From Armatimonadota bacterium (GTDB taxonomy: Bacteria; Armatimonadota; SYMT01): 64,000 nucleotides of DNA. Positions within the stretch are counted from its first letter, which is position 1. Every line of letters starts with the position of its first letter. Made by a program: the position numbers and the translations under genes. The DNA lies in the NCBI GenBank assembly GCA_041690135.1, contig JAWLHY010000002.1:128001-192000 (forward strand). Direction: 5' to 3'. Positions 9,403-19,228 of this stretch are shown piece by piece. The notes under the pieces are model-generated. The model made no database searches. It saw nothing but the letters and a program-made list of their open reading frames with translations, and had not been told where the DNA came from.

Positions 9403-10119
9403 ATGACGGCACGTTTCCCTAGAAGGCGAGCATTTACCCTTATCGAACTGCTCGTAGTGATCGCTATCATCGCTATCCTTGCAGCCATCTTGTTCCCCGT
9501 CTTCGCTCGAGCCCGCGAGGCCGCTCGTGCCACCAGTTGTAAGAGCAACCTCAAGCAGATCTCTCTGGCGTACAACATGTATATTCAGGATGCCGACGAG
9601 GTGATTCCGCTCCACGCGTTCGCTAATATGGGCACCACGTTGCCGACCGGGTTTCCCACCGGGAACGGCGCTACCCAGAACTCCCTGTGGTTCCACATCC
9701 TGCATCCTTACGTGAAGAACGTGGGTCTCTTCAACTGTCCCAGCACCGTCCCGAGCCCGATCGCTCGCTACAACGGTCAGTATACGGGTAATCTCTCCTA
9801 TGGCTTTAACTACGATGGTGGAACCGCATCCATTGATGCCGCCCGGGGAGGTTGCCCCGGCAACTGCGGGGTGAACCTTCGCAATGCCGCACTGGCCGCG
9901 GTTGAGGATGTAGCCGGAACCGTTATGGTGACGGACTCCACCTATTACGTGACGGGTCCCGGACCCGGAAACGCTCTCTACTCGGATCGGGTCCGCGCCG
10001 CACACAACGAAATGGTGAACGTGGCCTACGTGGACGGTCATGTCAAGGCGGTGAAGTACAATACCCTCGTGGGACCTCCGGGCACGGCTTACAAGCCGTG
10101 GACCACCACCCTCGACTGA
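9403..10119 (+). CDS. DUF1559 / prepilin-type protein (paralog 2)
   Basis: A|[29 protein letters not shown]; [15 protein letters not shown]; RBS AAAGGAG; colinear with paralog 1 over its full length. Confidence 0.93.
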   Translation: MTARFPRRRAFTLIELLVVIAIIAILAAILFPVFARAREAARATSCKSNLKQISLAYNMYIQDADEVIPLHAFANMGTTLPTGFPTGNGATQNSLWFHILHPYVKNVGLFNCPSTVPSPIARYNGQYTGNLSYGFNYDGGTASIDAARGGCPGNCGVNLRNAALAAVEDVAGTVMVTDSTYYVTGPGPGNALYSDRVRAAHNEMVNVAYVDGHVKAVKYNTLVGPPGTAYKPWTTTLD

Positions 10120-10132
10120 GCAGGTTGTAAAT

Positions 10133-10196
10133 GGGCAGCGAGTCGAAAGACGGCGTCCCGGTTTCGGGTCATCCGCTCTCTTTCGGCTCGCTTCCC
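10133..10196 (+). terminator. Long imperfect hairpin between convergent genes
   Basis: GCGAGTCGAAAGA (10138-10150) pairs with TCTTTCGGCTCGC (10179-10191), followed by TTTGTT. Confidence 0.5.
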
Positions 10197-10287
10197 TTTG
10201 TTATGGGCCTTCCGGAAGCCACCCCCTCCCAACTTAACGGAGCTTAACGGAGACGCGCATAGAGCCCCCTTCCCGGCTGCGGCCCCT

Positions 10288-12303
10288 CTACTTCGCCTTT
10301 CCTGGCTGAAGGTGCTGCTCGAACCAGTCCAGGTTGGTGTTCATCACCTTGAGCAACATCTTGGGCTCGCTGGGGCCGTGGGCCTGGCGGGGGAGGACCA
10401 GCATGCGGACCGGAACGCCGCGTTTCTTGAGGGCCGTGTAGAGCTCGAAGCTCTGGGTGATCGGCACGCGGCGGTCCAGCTCCCCGTGCTGGATCAACGT
10501 GGGGGTCCTCACCTTCGCCGCATGAAAGAGGGGCGAGCGGTCCAGGTAGATCCGGGCGAGTTGGGGATCATCCCAGGGCCAGGCGCCGAAGTAGCCGAGG
10601 CGCTGGGTGGGGATATCGGTGGTGCCGGTCTGGCTCACCAGGTTGGAGACTCCGGCGCCCAGAGAAGCCGCCTTGAACCGGTCGGTCTGGGTAATGGTCC
10701 AGCCAGTGAGATAACCGCCGTAGCTCCAGCCCATAATCCCCAGGCGCTCGGGATCCGCGACCCCCTGCTTCACCAGGTGGTCGACGCCCGCCATCAGGTC
10801 GCGGTAGTCGGCGCCGCCCCAGTCCCGGTAGTTCTGGTCCTGGAACTTCGCGCCGTACCCGATGGAGCCGCGAGGATTGGGCTGCAGCACCGCGAAGCCG
10901 CGGGCCGCGAAGGCCGCCGTGGGGTAGAGGGTCGGCCGGGCGAGATACTGCTGGCTGAAGGCGCCGGCGGGACCGCCGTGGATTTGCAGCAGCAGCGGCA
11001 CCCGGGTTCCCGGTGTGTAGCCGGCCGGGTATGTGAGCAGTCCCTCGACCTCCCACTCGCCGTCCGATTTCCAGCGGACCACCTCCGTCTTCCCCATTGG
11101 GAGTTCCGGTAGGTGAGTGTTGGCGCGGGTAACCCGCCGCAGGCTGAAGGGTGCGGCGGGACTGAGGGCCGCTTCGGGCGCCTGGGTAGAGCCCTCCGAC
11201 ACGCAGCCGAACCATTTCCGGGAAGGGTCCAGGGTGACCCCGGAAAGATACTCGCCGCCCTCATTAACGGTCCGGATCGCCCCGGTCTCGACCGCCATCG
11301 CGTAGATGCGGACGAGGGTACCCCGGTGCTCCCAAAAGTAGAGCTCTTTTCCGTCCGCCGACCACCCGATCAGCGTGGGGCGGGAGTCGGGGGTCTCGGG
11401 TAAGGTGCGAGGCGCGCCGCCTCCGACCGGGAAGAGCTGCAGGCGGCTCCGCTGCGTGTAGCGGGGCGGCTCCCCACTGGCGACCAGCGCGATCCACTTT
11501 CCATCGGGCGAATACCGGGCTTCTGCTTCCACCACTGGGGTGGCGGCTATGTCGCGGAACACACCGGTCTCCACCTCCACCGCCACCACATCCGAGCTCC
11601 AGCCATCGTCCGGGCGGGGCGTGGGAGTGCGGGTGAAGACAATGGTCTTGCCGTCAGGCGACCAGTCGAGCTGCGGCCCCACGTTGAACTCCGCCGGGGT
11701 GAGCGGTCGAGCTTCCCTTTTGCCGTCCGCTCCCGGCGCCAACGAGAGCACGTAAAGGCGGTTCTGAGCGACCTCTTCACCCACCCAGTAGGCATCGTCC
11801 TTCTCCCGGATCGCCTTCAGCCGTTCCTCGGAAGCCGCTTCCGGCGACGTGTAGGCGATGCGTGTGCCATCGGGCGACCAGGCATAGGCGGCGACCCCGC
11901 CGGGCACCTCCGTGAGGCGCTCCGAGGGCTTGCCGTCCAAACGGGAGAGAAAGAGCTGGCGGGCGTAGATGAAGGCCAGACCCGAGCCATCCGGCGCCCA
12001 CTGCGGATCGGAAGCGGAGCGCTCCGGCCGGGTGAGCGGCCGGATCTTTTCTCCGTCGGCACCCGACAGGAAGATCCGGGTGATGTTCTCGCTGCGCTCG
12101 GGCGTCATCACCGCCTCTGTGACGGTGTAGGCGACCTGCTGCCCATCCGGCGAGGGCCGCACGCTGCCGAGGCGCCGGACCTTCATCATCAATTCCGGCG
12201 TCCACGCCGTGGGCGCCGCCGCCTGGGACTGGACACCCACCGGCGCACAGAAAGCCCCGGCGAGGGTGAAAAGCGTTATGAGAGAGCGGGAAGGATGGGT
12301 CAT
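10288..12303 (-). CDS. S9 family peptidase (dipeptidyl aminopeptidase / acylaminoacyl peptidase)
   Basis: Signal peptide; PD40-like WSPDG repeats; IHGGP; NPRGS; nucleophile GWSYGG; HGELDRRVP; His in QAHG. Confidence 0.93.
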   Translation of the reverse strand: MTHPSRSLITLFTLAGAFCAPVGVQSQAAAPTAWTPELMMKVRRLGSVRPSPDGQQVAYTVTEAVMTPERSENITRIFLSGADGEKIRPLTRPERSASDPQWAPDGSGLAFIYARQLFLSRLDGKPSERLTEVPGGVAAYAWSPDGTRIAYTSPEAASEERLKAIREKDDAYWVGEEVAQNRLYVLSLAPGADGKREARPLTPAEFNVGPQLDWSPDGKTIVFTRTPTPRPDDGWSSDVVAVEVETGVFRDIAATPVVEAEARYSPDGKWIALVASGEPPRYTQRSRLQLFPVGGGAPRTLPETPDSRPTLIGWSADGKELYFWEHRGTLVRIYAMAVETGAIRTVNEGGEYLSGVTLDPSRKWFGCVSEGSTQAPEAALSPAAPFSLRRVTRANTHLPELPMGKTEVVRWKSDGEWEVEGLLTYPAGYTPGTRVPLLLQIHGGPAGAFSQQYLARPTLYPTAAFAARGFAVLQPNPRGSIGYGAKFQDQNYRDWGGADYRDLMAGVDHLVKQGVADPERLGIMGWSYGGYLTGWTITQTDRFKAASLGAGVSNLVSQTGTTDIPTQRLGYFGAWPWDDPQLARIYLDRSPLFHAAKVRTPTLIQHGELDRRVPITQSFELYTALKKRGVPVRMLVLPRQAHGPSEPKMLLKVMNTNLDWFEQHLQPGKAK

Positions 12304-12439
12304 GGTGATTGTGAAGCGATGGGCCGGGCATTACCGCCATTACGCCGGGAGAAGGGAAAGGCTTAGTGAAAATACGGTAAGGTACTCGATGGTGTTCGAC
12401 CCTGGCTGATGAGAATCGGGTCGTCCCGAATCCGTCTTT

Positions 12440-12738
12440 GCGTGGGGCTGAACCCGCGCTCCGGAACGGCACCGTCACCGCACCCCCTCGGGGCGTACCG
12501 TGCATCCGGACTCTCGCAGGGCTGAACCCCTGCGCTTCGGAACCGCACTGTGCCCGCACCCCCTCGGGGCGTAAACCTCCGCGGGCACATCTTACGCTCA
12601 TAGTTCACAGCCAGTTCCAGATGCTCGCTGACGCATTCTAACCTGCACCTGGATTACGGCCGCCGGACGGGGTACGCGCCGGGCGCCCACGGAGGTGGGC
12701 AGCGTGCATTTCCAAAGCCCGGCCGTTCAGGGCCGGGG
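12440..12738. repeat. REP/BIME-like cluster, paralogous to 23697-24030
   Basis: Hairpins related to GCGCAGGGCTRAACCCCTGCGC, linker TCCGGAACSGCAC, micro-insert copies at 12482-12497 (partial) and 12558-12576, empty site 12685-12700, then AAAGCCCGGCCGTTCAGGGCCGGG. Confidence 0.8.
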
Positions 12739-12754
12739 ATGGTTCCTCGCCCGT

Positions 12755-14188
12755 TCAGGGGCGGGAAGGATTCCGCAGGCGGATCGCCTCGGAATACAGG
12801 TCGGCGTACAGGGCAGCCGAGCGGTCCCACGAGAAGTCGCTGCGCATGCCGTTTTGCTGGAGAGCGTGCCACTGGTCGGGGTGGCGGTACACGGCCAGGG
12901 CACGGCCGACGGCGGCGCGCAGGGCCTCTTCCCGGTACTCCCAGAACACGAACCCGGTGCGCGGGTCGCCGGGGAGGCCCTCTTCCACCGTATCCGCCAG
13001 GCCGCCGGTGGCGCGGACCACGGGAACCGTGCCGTAGCGCATCGCCATCATCTGGCTAAGACCGCAGGGCTCGAAGCGGGAGGGCATCAGGAAGAGGTCG
13101 CAGCCGGCGTAGATCCGCTGCGCCAGGGCCGCGTCGAAGGTGAGCCACGCGCGCAGGCGGTCCGGGTAGCGGTGCTGGAGCTGGTTGAGCAGGTGGTGAT
13201 ACTGCGGTTGCCCCGTGCCGAGGACGACCACCTGGAGCGGGTGCTCCTGGAGCAGGGTTTCCGCCGCTGCGGCAAAGAGGTCGAAGCCCTTCTGATCCAC
13301 CAGGCGGCCCACCATCCCGAGCAGGGGAATCTCGGGGTCCGGGGCGAAGCCGGCTTCCTGCTGGAGCGCCTCCTTGCAGAGGCGCTTTCCGCGCAGGTCC
13401 TCCGCGCTAAACCGGGCGGGCAGGTGGGGATCGGTGGTGGGGTCGTAAGTGGCCAGGTCGAGACCATTCAGCACGCCGTGAAGCCGGTCCTGCCGGGTGC
13501 GGAGCTGCGCGTCCATCCCTTCACCATACTCCGGGGTGAGGATCTCTCGGGCGTAGGTGGGGCTGACCGTGGTGATCAGGTCGGCGGTCCCGGCGCCGAG
13601 GGCGAGCAGGTTGACCCAGGGCTCGTGCACCCAGTGTGGCAGGAGACCCGCGGCGCCGTCCAGGCGGGCCCGGTCCGCCCAGCCCTGGTAGGCGAGGTTA
13701 TGGATCGTGAGCACGCTCGCGGCATCGAGGTAGAAAGAGCCGGCGCGACCTCCCTTGAGCATGGCGGGTGCCACGGCGGTGTGCCAGTCGTGGGCGTGGA
13801 CCACCTCCGCCTGCCAGCCCAGCGCCTCCATCCCGGCGAAGGCCCCGGCCGTGAAGAGCAGAAAGCGCCGCTGCTCGTCCGGCTGGTCGTACATGGTGGG
13901 GCGGTTGCCGAACAGCCAGGGAATCTCCACGAAGTAAACCGGCACCCCGTCCCGCTCCGTCCGCCGGAGGGAGGCCGCGATCACCTCGTGCCCGGCGGGG
14001 TAACGGTAGGAAGGCAGGACCGTCTCCAGACCCCACTGCTCCGGGTCGATCTGGCCATACCGGGGCATTACCACACGCACGTCATGCCCCAGCCGCCGGA
14101 GGGCCGCCGGGAGGGCGCCGGCCACGTCGGCGAGCCCCCCGGCCTTCGCAAACGGCGCCACTTCCGCCGCCAGGAAGAGCACCCTCAT
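12755..14188 (-). CDS. glgA: Glycogen synthase
   Basis: EVAPFAKAGGLADV, HAHDWHT, TIHNLAYQG, MPSRFEPCGLSQM, TGGLADTV; ATG overlaps the glgC stop (ATGA). Confidence 0.96.
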   Translation of the reverse strand: MRVLFLAAEVAPFAKAGGLADVAGALPAALRRLGHDVRVVMPRYGQIDPEQWGLETVLPSYRYPAGHEVIAASLRRTERDGVPVYFVEIPWLFGNRPTMYDQPDEQRRFLLFTAGAFAGMEALGWQAEVVHAHDWHTAVAPAMLKGGRAGSFYLDAASVLTIHNLAYQGWADRARLDGAAGLLPHWVHEPWVNLLALGAGTADLITTVSPTYAREILTPEYGEGMDAQLRTRQDRLHGVLNGLDLATYDPTTDPHLPARFSAEDLRGKRLCKEALQQEAGFAPDPEIPLLGMVGRLVDQKGFDLFAAAAETLLQEHPLQVVVLGTGQPQYHHLLNQLQHRYPDRLRAWLTFDAALAQRIYAGCDLFLMPSRFEPCGLSQMMAMRYGTVPVVRATGGLADTVEEGLPGDPRTGFVFWEYREEALRAAVGRALAVYRHPDQWHALQQNGMRSDFSWDRSAALYADLYSEAIRLRNPSRP

Positions 14189-15450
14189 GCTTCGCACCGC
14201 GGGACGCACGCTCCACTGGGAATCTCGCGGTCCCAGTAGTCATCTGCGTTAACGCGCGACTCCACCCGAACGTTGCGACCTAACCGCACTCCCTGGGGGA
14301 TCTTGGCGTCCTTGCCGGCGATTGTGATGCCGCTGTAGAGGTTCCGCGGTTCCGCCACGTTGGGCGTCTTGTCGTCGCCCCAGCCGACGACCGCCTCCCG
14401 CTGCACCTCCACGCGCTTGTCCAGGATGGAGCAGTCGACCACGGCCCCGGCACGGATCACGGAATCGTTCATGATAATGGAATCGCGCACCACAGCCCCC
14501 GGCTCCACAATCACGCCCGGCGAGAGAATGGAGTTGGTCACCTCGCCGGAGATCACGCAGCCGTTTGAAAGCATGGCCCGGGAGATCTCGGCCCCCGAGA
14601 GCACCTTCACCGGCGGCCGCTCCTCGCTCAGGGTGTGTATCCGCCAGCCCTCGTCGTTCAGGTCCAGCTCGGGCCGGTCTTCCAGCAACTCCATATTGGT
14701 CTGCCAGTAGGCCGGGATGGTGCCGACGTCCACCCAGTAGCCGCTGAACGGGTAGGCGTACACGTTCGCCTCCTGGACCATGGCGGGGATGACGTTCTTC
14801 CCGAAGTCGTGGTCCGAGTCTTCCCGGCGGGCGTCTTCCTCCAGCATCTCGATGAGATAGTCCGTGTTGAAGACGTAGATGCCCATCGAGGCGAGGGTAC
14901 CCTGGAATTCGCGAGGCTTCTCGTAGAACTCCACGATCCGGTTCTGGGAATCGGTCTTCATGATTCCGAACCGGTGGGCCTCCTCGGCCGGCACCTCGCG
15001 GACGGCGACGGTGAGGTCCGCCCCCGTGTCCCAGTGCTGCCGGAGCATGCGGCGGTAGTCCTGCTTGTAGATGTGATCGCCGGAGAGCACCAGCAACGTG
15101 TCGCACCGCTCGGAGCGGATGAAATTGCGGTTCTGGTAGAGCGCGTCCGCGGTACCCCGGTACCAGTCCTGATCGCCCCGGCCGCGGTACGGCTGCCAGA
15201 TGCGCGCGCCGCCCCGGTTGCGGTCGAGGTCCCAGGGGCGTCCGGTCCCGATATGCTCGATAAGCGAGTGCGGCCGGTACTGGGTGAGCACGGCGATGTT
15301 GAAGAGATCGGAGTTGGCGCAGTTCGACAGCACGAAGTCGATGATCCGGTACTTGCCGGCAAACGGCATCGCCGGCTTGGCGCGCTTCTCGGCCAGGATG
15401 CTGAGGCGGCTGCCCTCGCCCCCCGCCAGGATCACGGTGAAGACCTTCAT
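14185..15450 (-). CDS. glgC: Glucose-1-phosphate adenylyltransferase
   Basis: ILAGGEGSRL, RAKPAMPFAGKYRIIDF, WYRGTADA, SGDHIYK, FYEKP, ASMGIYVF, DFGKNVIP; RBS GGGAG before ATG 15450. Confidence 0.96.
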   Translation of the reverse strand: MKVFTVILAGGEGSRLSILAEKRAKPAMPFAGKYRIIDFVLSNCANSDLFNIAVLTQYRPHSLIEHIGTGRPWDLDRNRGGARIWQPYRGRGDQDWYRGTADALYQNRNFIRSERCDTLLVLSGDHIYKQDYRRMLRQHWDTGADLTVAVREVPAEEAHRFGIMKTDSQNRIVEFYEKPREFQGTLASMGIYVFNTDYLIEMLEEDARREDSDHDFGKNVIPAMVQEANVYAYPFSGYWVDVGTIPAYWQTNMELLEDRPELDLNDEGWRIHTLSEERPPVKVLSGAEISRAMLSNGCVISGEVTNSILSPGVIVEPGAVVRDSIIMNDSVIRAGAVVDCSILDKRVEVQREAVVGWGDDKTPNVAEPRNLYSGITIAGKDAKIPQGVRLGRNVRVESRVNADDYWDREIPSGACVPRCEA

Positions 15451-15893
15451 GATTTCTCCCGCCCGCTGCAATGCGGAGCCGAGATAGAGTTTCCACCCGC
15501 AGCGGCTGCTTCCTGCCGGTTGATCCGCGAATTGGGCAAATGAAACGAATGGGGGCGGAAAGGTGTTCGGGCGCTCAGGTGTTCATGCACCCGGACCCTG
15601 GTTCCTGGTCTCCCATGCGTGATACGCGGCCGAATCCGCCGCCTTCCGCGATTGGCGGGGTGAATGAGCCGGGTCCCATCGAAAGTCCCATTCTCCCTGG
15701 CTACCGGAGTAGGTGCCGGGGGTATCCCCTGCTTTCTCGCGGGGTTTCGTGACAGAGAGAAGGCGGAGTCGCGACGTGGCGAGAGTAGCCTTAAGATGCT
15801 TCTAAGGCGCTGGTAAGCGAAACTTTAGATCGTCATGGCTAATCTAATCCGGCATATTGCCGTTCTCGCTTTTAACGCACCAGGAGAACATCC

Positions 15894-16664
15894 GTGCGCA
15901 ACGAATCTACCCGACACCCTCGCCACGGCTTCACACTCATTGAACTACTCGTCGTTATTGCAATCATCGCAATATTGGCGGCTATTCTCTTTCCGGTGTT
16001 CGCCCAGGCTCGCGAGGCGGCGCGGAAGGCGAGCTGCCTCTCCAACATGAAGCAGATCTCCACCGCCCTCACCCTGTACGCGGATGACTATGATGAGACG
16101 GTCGGCCGCAAATGGTACGAGTGGCACACCGACCTGGACCCCTACGTGAAGAACGGCCAGGTGTGGACATGCCCAAGCTCTTCCGCGCCGAAGCCGGTCC
16201 AGGTCCAATTCACCAACTACCGGGCCACGGACGGCTCCCCCATGACCGGTATGTTCTGGACGAACCGCCCCACCGCCAACCAGCCGTACATCTGGGGCCA
16301 CTACAGCCGTAACGACGAGCTTCTCCATAACTACGGCTTCACGGGCGCCACCTCTCCCACCAACTCCCGGATGCCCAGTTGGGACCGTCCGGCGGACGTG
16401 ATCCTGATCGGAGAAACGCGCTCCGGCACCGAAGATGACGATACCAACGACTTCGATGAGGACAACGCCCCTTATTGCGAACCCGGCGGGACCAACTGGA
16501 ATCAGGTGTACAACCACCTGTCGCTGCGGCACGCCGGTGGCCAGAACGTGATCTTCGGTGACCTCCATGCCAAGTTCGTGAAGTGGGAGTGGTTCAAAAC
16601 ACCGCAGGGCAAATACGCCATCTGCCCGTTCCAGGCCAACAAGGCGGATGGAACCGGCTGGTAG
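15894..16664 (+). CDS. DUF1559 / prepilin-type protein (third, divergent)
   Basis: [30 protein letters not shown]; CLSNMKQ; C-terminal [16 protein letters not shown]; GTG start with AGGAG. Confidence 0.92.
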   Translation: MRNESTRHPRHGFTLIELLVVIAIIAILAAILFPVFAQAREAARKASCLSNMKQISTALTLYADDYDETVGRKWYEWHTDLDPYVKNGQVWTCPSSSAPKPVQVQFTNYRATDGSPMTGMFWTNRPTANQPYIWGHYSRNDELLHNYGFTGATSPTNSRMPSWDRPADVILIGETRSGTEDDDTNDFDEDNAPYCEPGGTNWNQVYNHLSLRHAGGQNVIFGDLHAKFVKWEWFKTPQGKYAICPFQANKADGTGW

Positions 16665-16700
16665 TCCGCAGATTCCCAACCGTATCGGTTCGGACCGGCT

Positions 16701-17885
16701 TTGCAATATCCTCACCGTGCGGACATCTCTCTCCTCCGGAAGTCATTGCGCCAGGAGGGCGGTTTCTCCGGGGAAAGCCCGGGTTCCCACCCTCCGGCCC
16801 GCTCCGGGTACGGCATCCCGCGCCCGGCAAAGGGGAGGAGGCACGAGATTCGCAGGCAGGCAGAACCCGGGCGGGGCCAATCCCGCCCGGAACGAACCCC
16901 AATCATAGACGCAGCAGCCAACCGGCTACGCTCCATCCCGGAGCACCGGGGATGGTTCCGGTGGCTGGCGGGGGCGTTCCTCGTCCTCGCCGGATGGATT
17001 GCCGCGCCCCGTCCCGTGCCGGCAATCATCCTATCCGGGTCGGGCGACCGAAGCGACGGGCTCTACGGCATCACCACCGACCGCGAGTATTCCGGCGTGG
17101 TCGGAGTGTTGCACCGAAAGCCGGACGGGCTCCTGATCCCGGAGGCGACCGGGGTGCTCATCAGCCGGCGTCACGTCCTCTCCTGCGCGCACGGCTTTTT
17201 CATGGAGAACCGGGGCCGCAACCCTGCCGACTTTCGGATCTCGGTGGAAGGCGTTGTTCATCCGGTCGCCGCCATCGCGACCCATCCCGAGTTCCGGTTG
17301 GGCAGTCATGCCGCCGACCTGGCGGTGCTCACCCTCACTGTGCCGGTGCCCAGCAGCGTCCGCACCTACCGCTGCAACGACGGGAGCCTGGACGAACTGA
17401 AGGTCGGCCGCTGCACGCTGGTGGGTCTGGGCATGAGCGGTTCGGCGGCGCGGGGGATGAACCGGGAGCTGACACCCGGCGTCAAGCGCGCGGGCACCAA
17501 CACCATCGACTTCATCAGCGACGGCACCGCCGGACTGCCGGTCCCGGATAAGCCGATGTGGATCTTACCCCCGCATATCCTCGTGACCGACCTGGACAAC
17601 CACCTTACCCCCCACGTGAACGGTTATCCGGGAGAAGCGCCGGGGTTCCCCCGCGTCCCGGGCGCCGGCACTGACGACCCCACCGAAGCGGGCCCCGCGA
17701 TTGGCGACTCCGGCGGTCCCCTGTTCCAGACCGATCCCCGCGACGGCAGCCGGATCGTGGTGGGCATCGGCTCCGGCGGCGGCGGTCCCGGCCGTGGGGG
17801 CATCGGCGACTACGGCCTTTACGCCCGGGTGAGCCCCTACTACCGGTGGATCCACGACCGGATGGAGCCCTCCGGCCAGCATTAG
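16701..17885 (+). CDS. Trypsin-like (S1) serine protease, secreted; start codon uncertain
   Basis: Catalytic triad motifs LSCAHG, ADLAVL, GDSGGP; YARVSPY; hydrophobic signal-like segment ending VPA-II begins about 85 codons into the ORF. Confidence 0.8.
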   Translation: MQYPHRADISLLRKSLRQEGGFSGESPGSHPPARSGYGIPRPAKGRRHEIRRQAEPGRGQSRPERTPIIDAAANRLRSIPEHRGWFRWLAGAFLVLAGWIAAPRPVPAIILSGSGDRSDGLYGITTDREYSGVVGVLHRKPDGLLIPEATGVLISRRHVLSCAHGFFMENRGRNPADFRISVEGVVHPVAAIATHPEFRLGSHAADLAVLTLTVPVPSSVRTYRCNDGSLDELKVGRCTLVGLGMSGSAARGMNRELTPGVKRAGTNTIDFISDGTAGLPVPDKPMWILPPHILVTDLDNHLTPHVNGYPGEAPGFPRVPGAGTDDPTEAGPAIGDSGGPLFQTDPRDGSRIVVGIGSGGGGPGRGGIGDYGLYARVSPYYRWIHDRMEPSGQH

Positions 17886-18067
17886 CCTGATGCAGCCCGG
17901 AACCGCTCGTACACCCTTTCCGGAAGCGGATGAAGCAGCCGCCAGCGCACTCGCATCGGCCGCTCGGACTCGTGACCGAGGTACTCGGCGGGACCCATGC
18001 AGAAGTAGGGCTGGGTGCGCCCATCGCGGACCTTTTGCTCGCGGCCGAAGAGCAGCACGTGGCTCCC

Positions 18068-19084
18068 TCACCCTCCAACTGACAGAAGGGCGTAGCGGCT
18101 GGCCCGCTCGCCGTCTTCGATGAGCAGCAGGTAGGTCCGGCCGTCGCACTCGACACGCGCCAGGGCTTCGGGGCTCTCCAACTTAAGGGTGTCCGGGAGG
18201 GAGACTCGCTGGGGTGGCTGCTTCTCGTCCCAGAGCCAGAGCGACCAGGGGGCGCGGACCGGGTGCGTCGGTTCCGCGGAGAGGCCGGAGAGCAGCCAGC
18301 AGGCCCGGCGCGCGGGGTCGTAGGCCATGTCGCGGATGCCGTGGCCTTGGAGGTCCAGCTTGACGGTGTCGCCCAGGTTGGCCGGCTGCGGGGCTTCCAG
18401 GAACAGCGCCTCCAGGTTGCGGACCCGCAGCACGACCGCATCTTCCTGGCCGCCGTGGGGGCGCGGGGTGCTCTCGGTGATGGTCGGTGCGCGAAGGCCC
18501 ACCAGCAGGTACTCTTCCGGATGCCAGGCGAGCCCCTCGATGTTCAGGCCGGTGCGCGCCGGAGTGCGCCGGATGGCGTCCGCCAGGAACGGCACGTCGT
18601 TCACGATCGCCTGCAGGAGACCACCGGACTGCCGGGCCTCGCGCAGTTTCCCCAGCGCGTCGAACCGCAGGCGGCCCAGGCGGTAGTGCTCCTCGGGCGC
18701 GTCACCGCGGGCCTCGCGCGCGTGGGAGCCGGCCAGGATCGCGTCCCGCGTACCGTCCCACGCCACCGCTTCCAGGTCCCCCAGCTTCACTTGGCCCCGA
18801 AGAGAATCGTCCAGGCGCTCGGCCGGCGTGACGGTCACCGATCCCGCGCGCAGCCGCGGCAGGGGGTCCTCCAGCAAGGAGATCTGCGGCTGTCGGTCGG
18901 ACACGAGCAGGAGACGGCTGCCCCGGATAAACGCCGCCCCAGAGATACCGGGTAGCGCGATCTCGCCGGTGGCTTCCACCTGAAGGCGGGGAGGGGACGC
19001 GACCGGACCCGCAATGGGAAGGGCCGGGGAGCCGAGTCCCAGGCATAGGATAACGAGTAGCGGCCGGATGGTGTGTATGCCCAT
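18068..19084 (-). CDS. DUF3616-like beta-propeller protein, secreted
   Basis: Signal peptide; DLEAVA, GSH, GLNIEGLA, VGLRAP, LDLQGHGIRDM, PEALA motifs. Confidence 0.75.
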   Translation of the reverse strand: MGIHTIRPLLVILCLGLGSPALPIAGPVASPPRLQVEATGEIALPGISGAAFIRGSRLLLVSDRQPQISLLEDPLPRLRAGSVTVTPAERLDDSLRGQVKLGDLEAVAWDGTRDAILAGSHAREARGDAPEEHYRLGRLRFDALGKLREARQSGGLLQAIVNDVPFLADAIRRTPARTGLNIEGLAWHPEEYLLVGLRAPTITESTPRPHGGQEDAVVLRVRNLEALFLEAPQPANLGDTVKLDLQGHGIRDMAYDPARRACWLLSGLSAEPTHPVRAPWSLWLWDEKQPPQRVSLPDTLKLESPEALARVECDGRTYLLLIEDGERASRYALLSVGG

Positions 19085-19228
19085 GAATCGCAGCGGAGCC
19101 TCCGGCGCGGCCGGCGGATGGATGCCGGTAGGCTCACGCTCGATTCTAGCGCATGCGCGGCGGGTTTGTTCTGGAAGCTGCGGTCACTGCCAGTCGCGAG
19201 ACCACACCTCTCCTACCTGAAGCGCCTC

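Noticed and set aside
8144-10119. Pilin-like paralogs as a DGR template/variable pair or inversion cassette
   Set aside because: Differences are spread throughout and not adenine-specific, both ORFs are intact and co-oriented, and there is no reverse transcriptase or recombinase in the window
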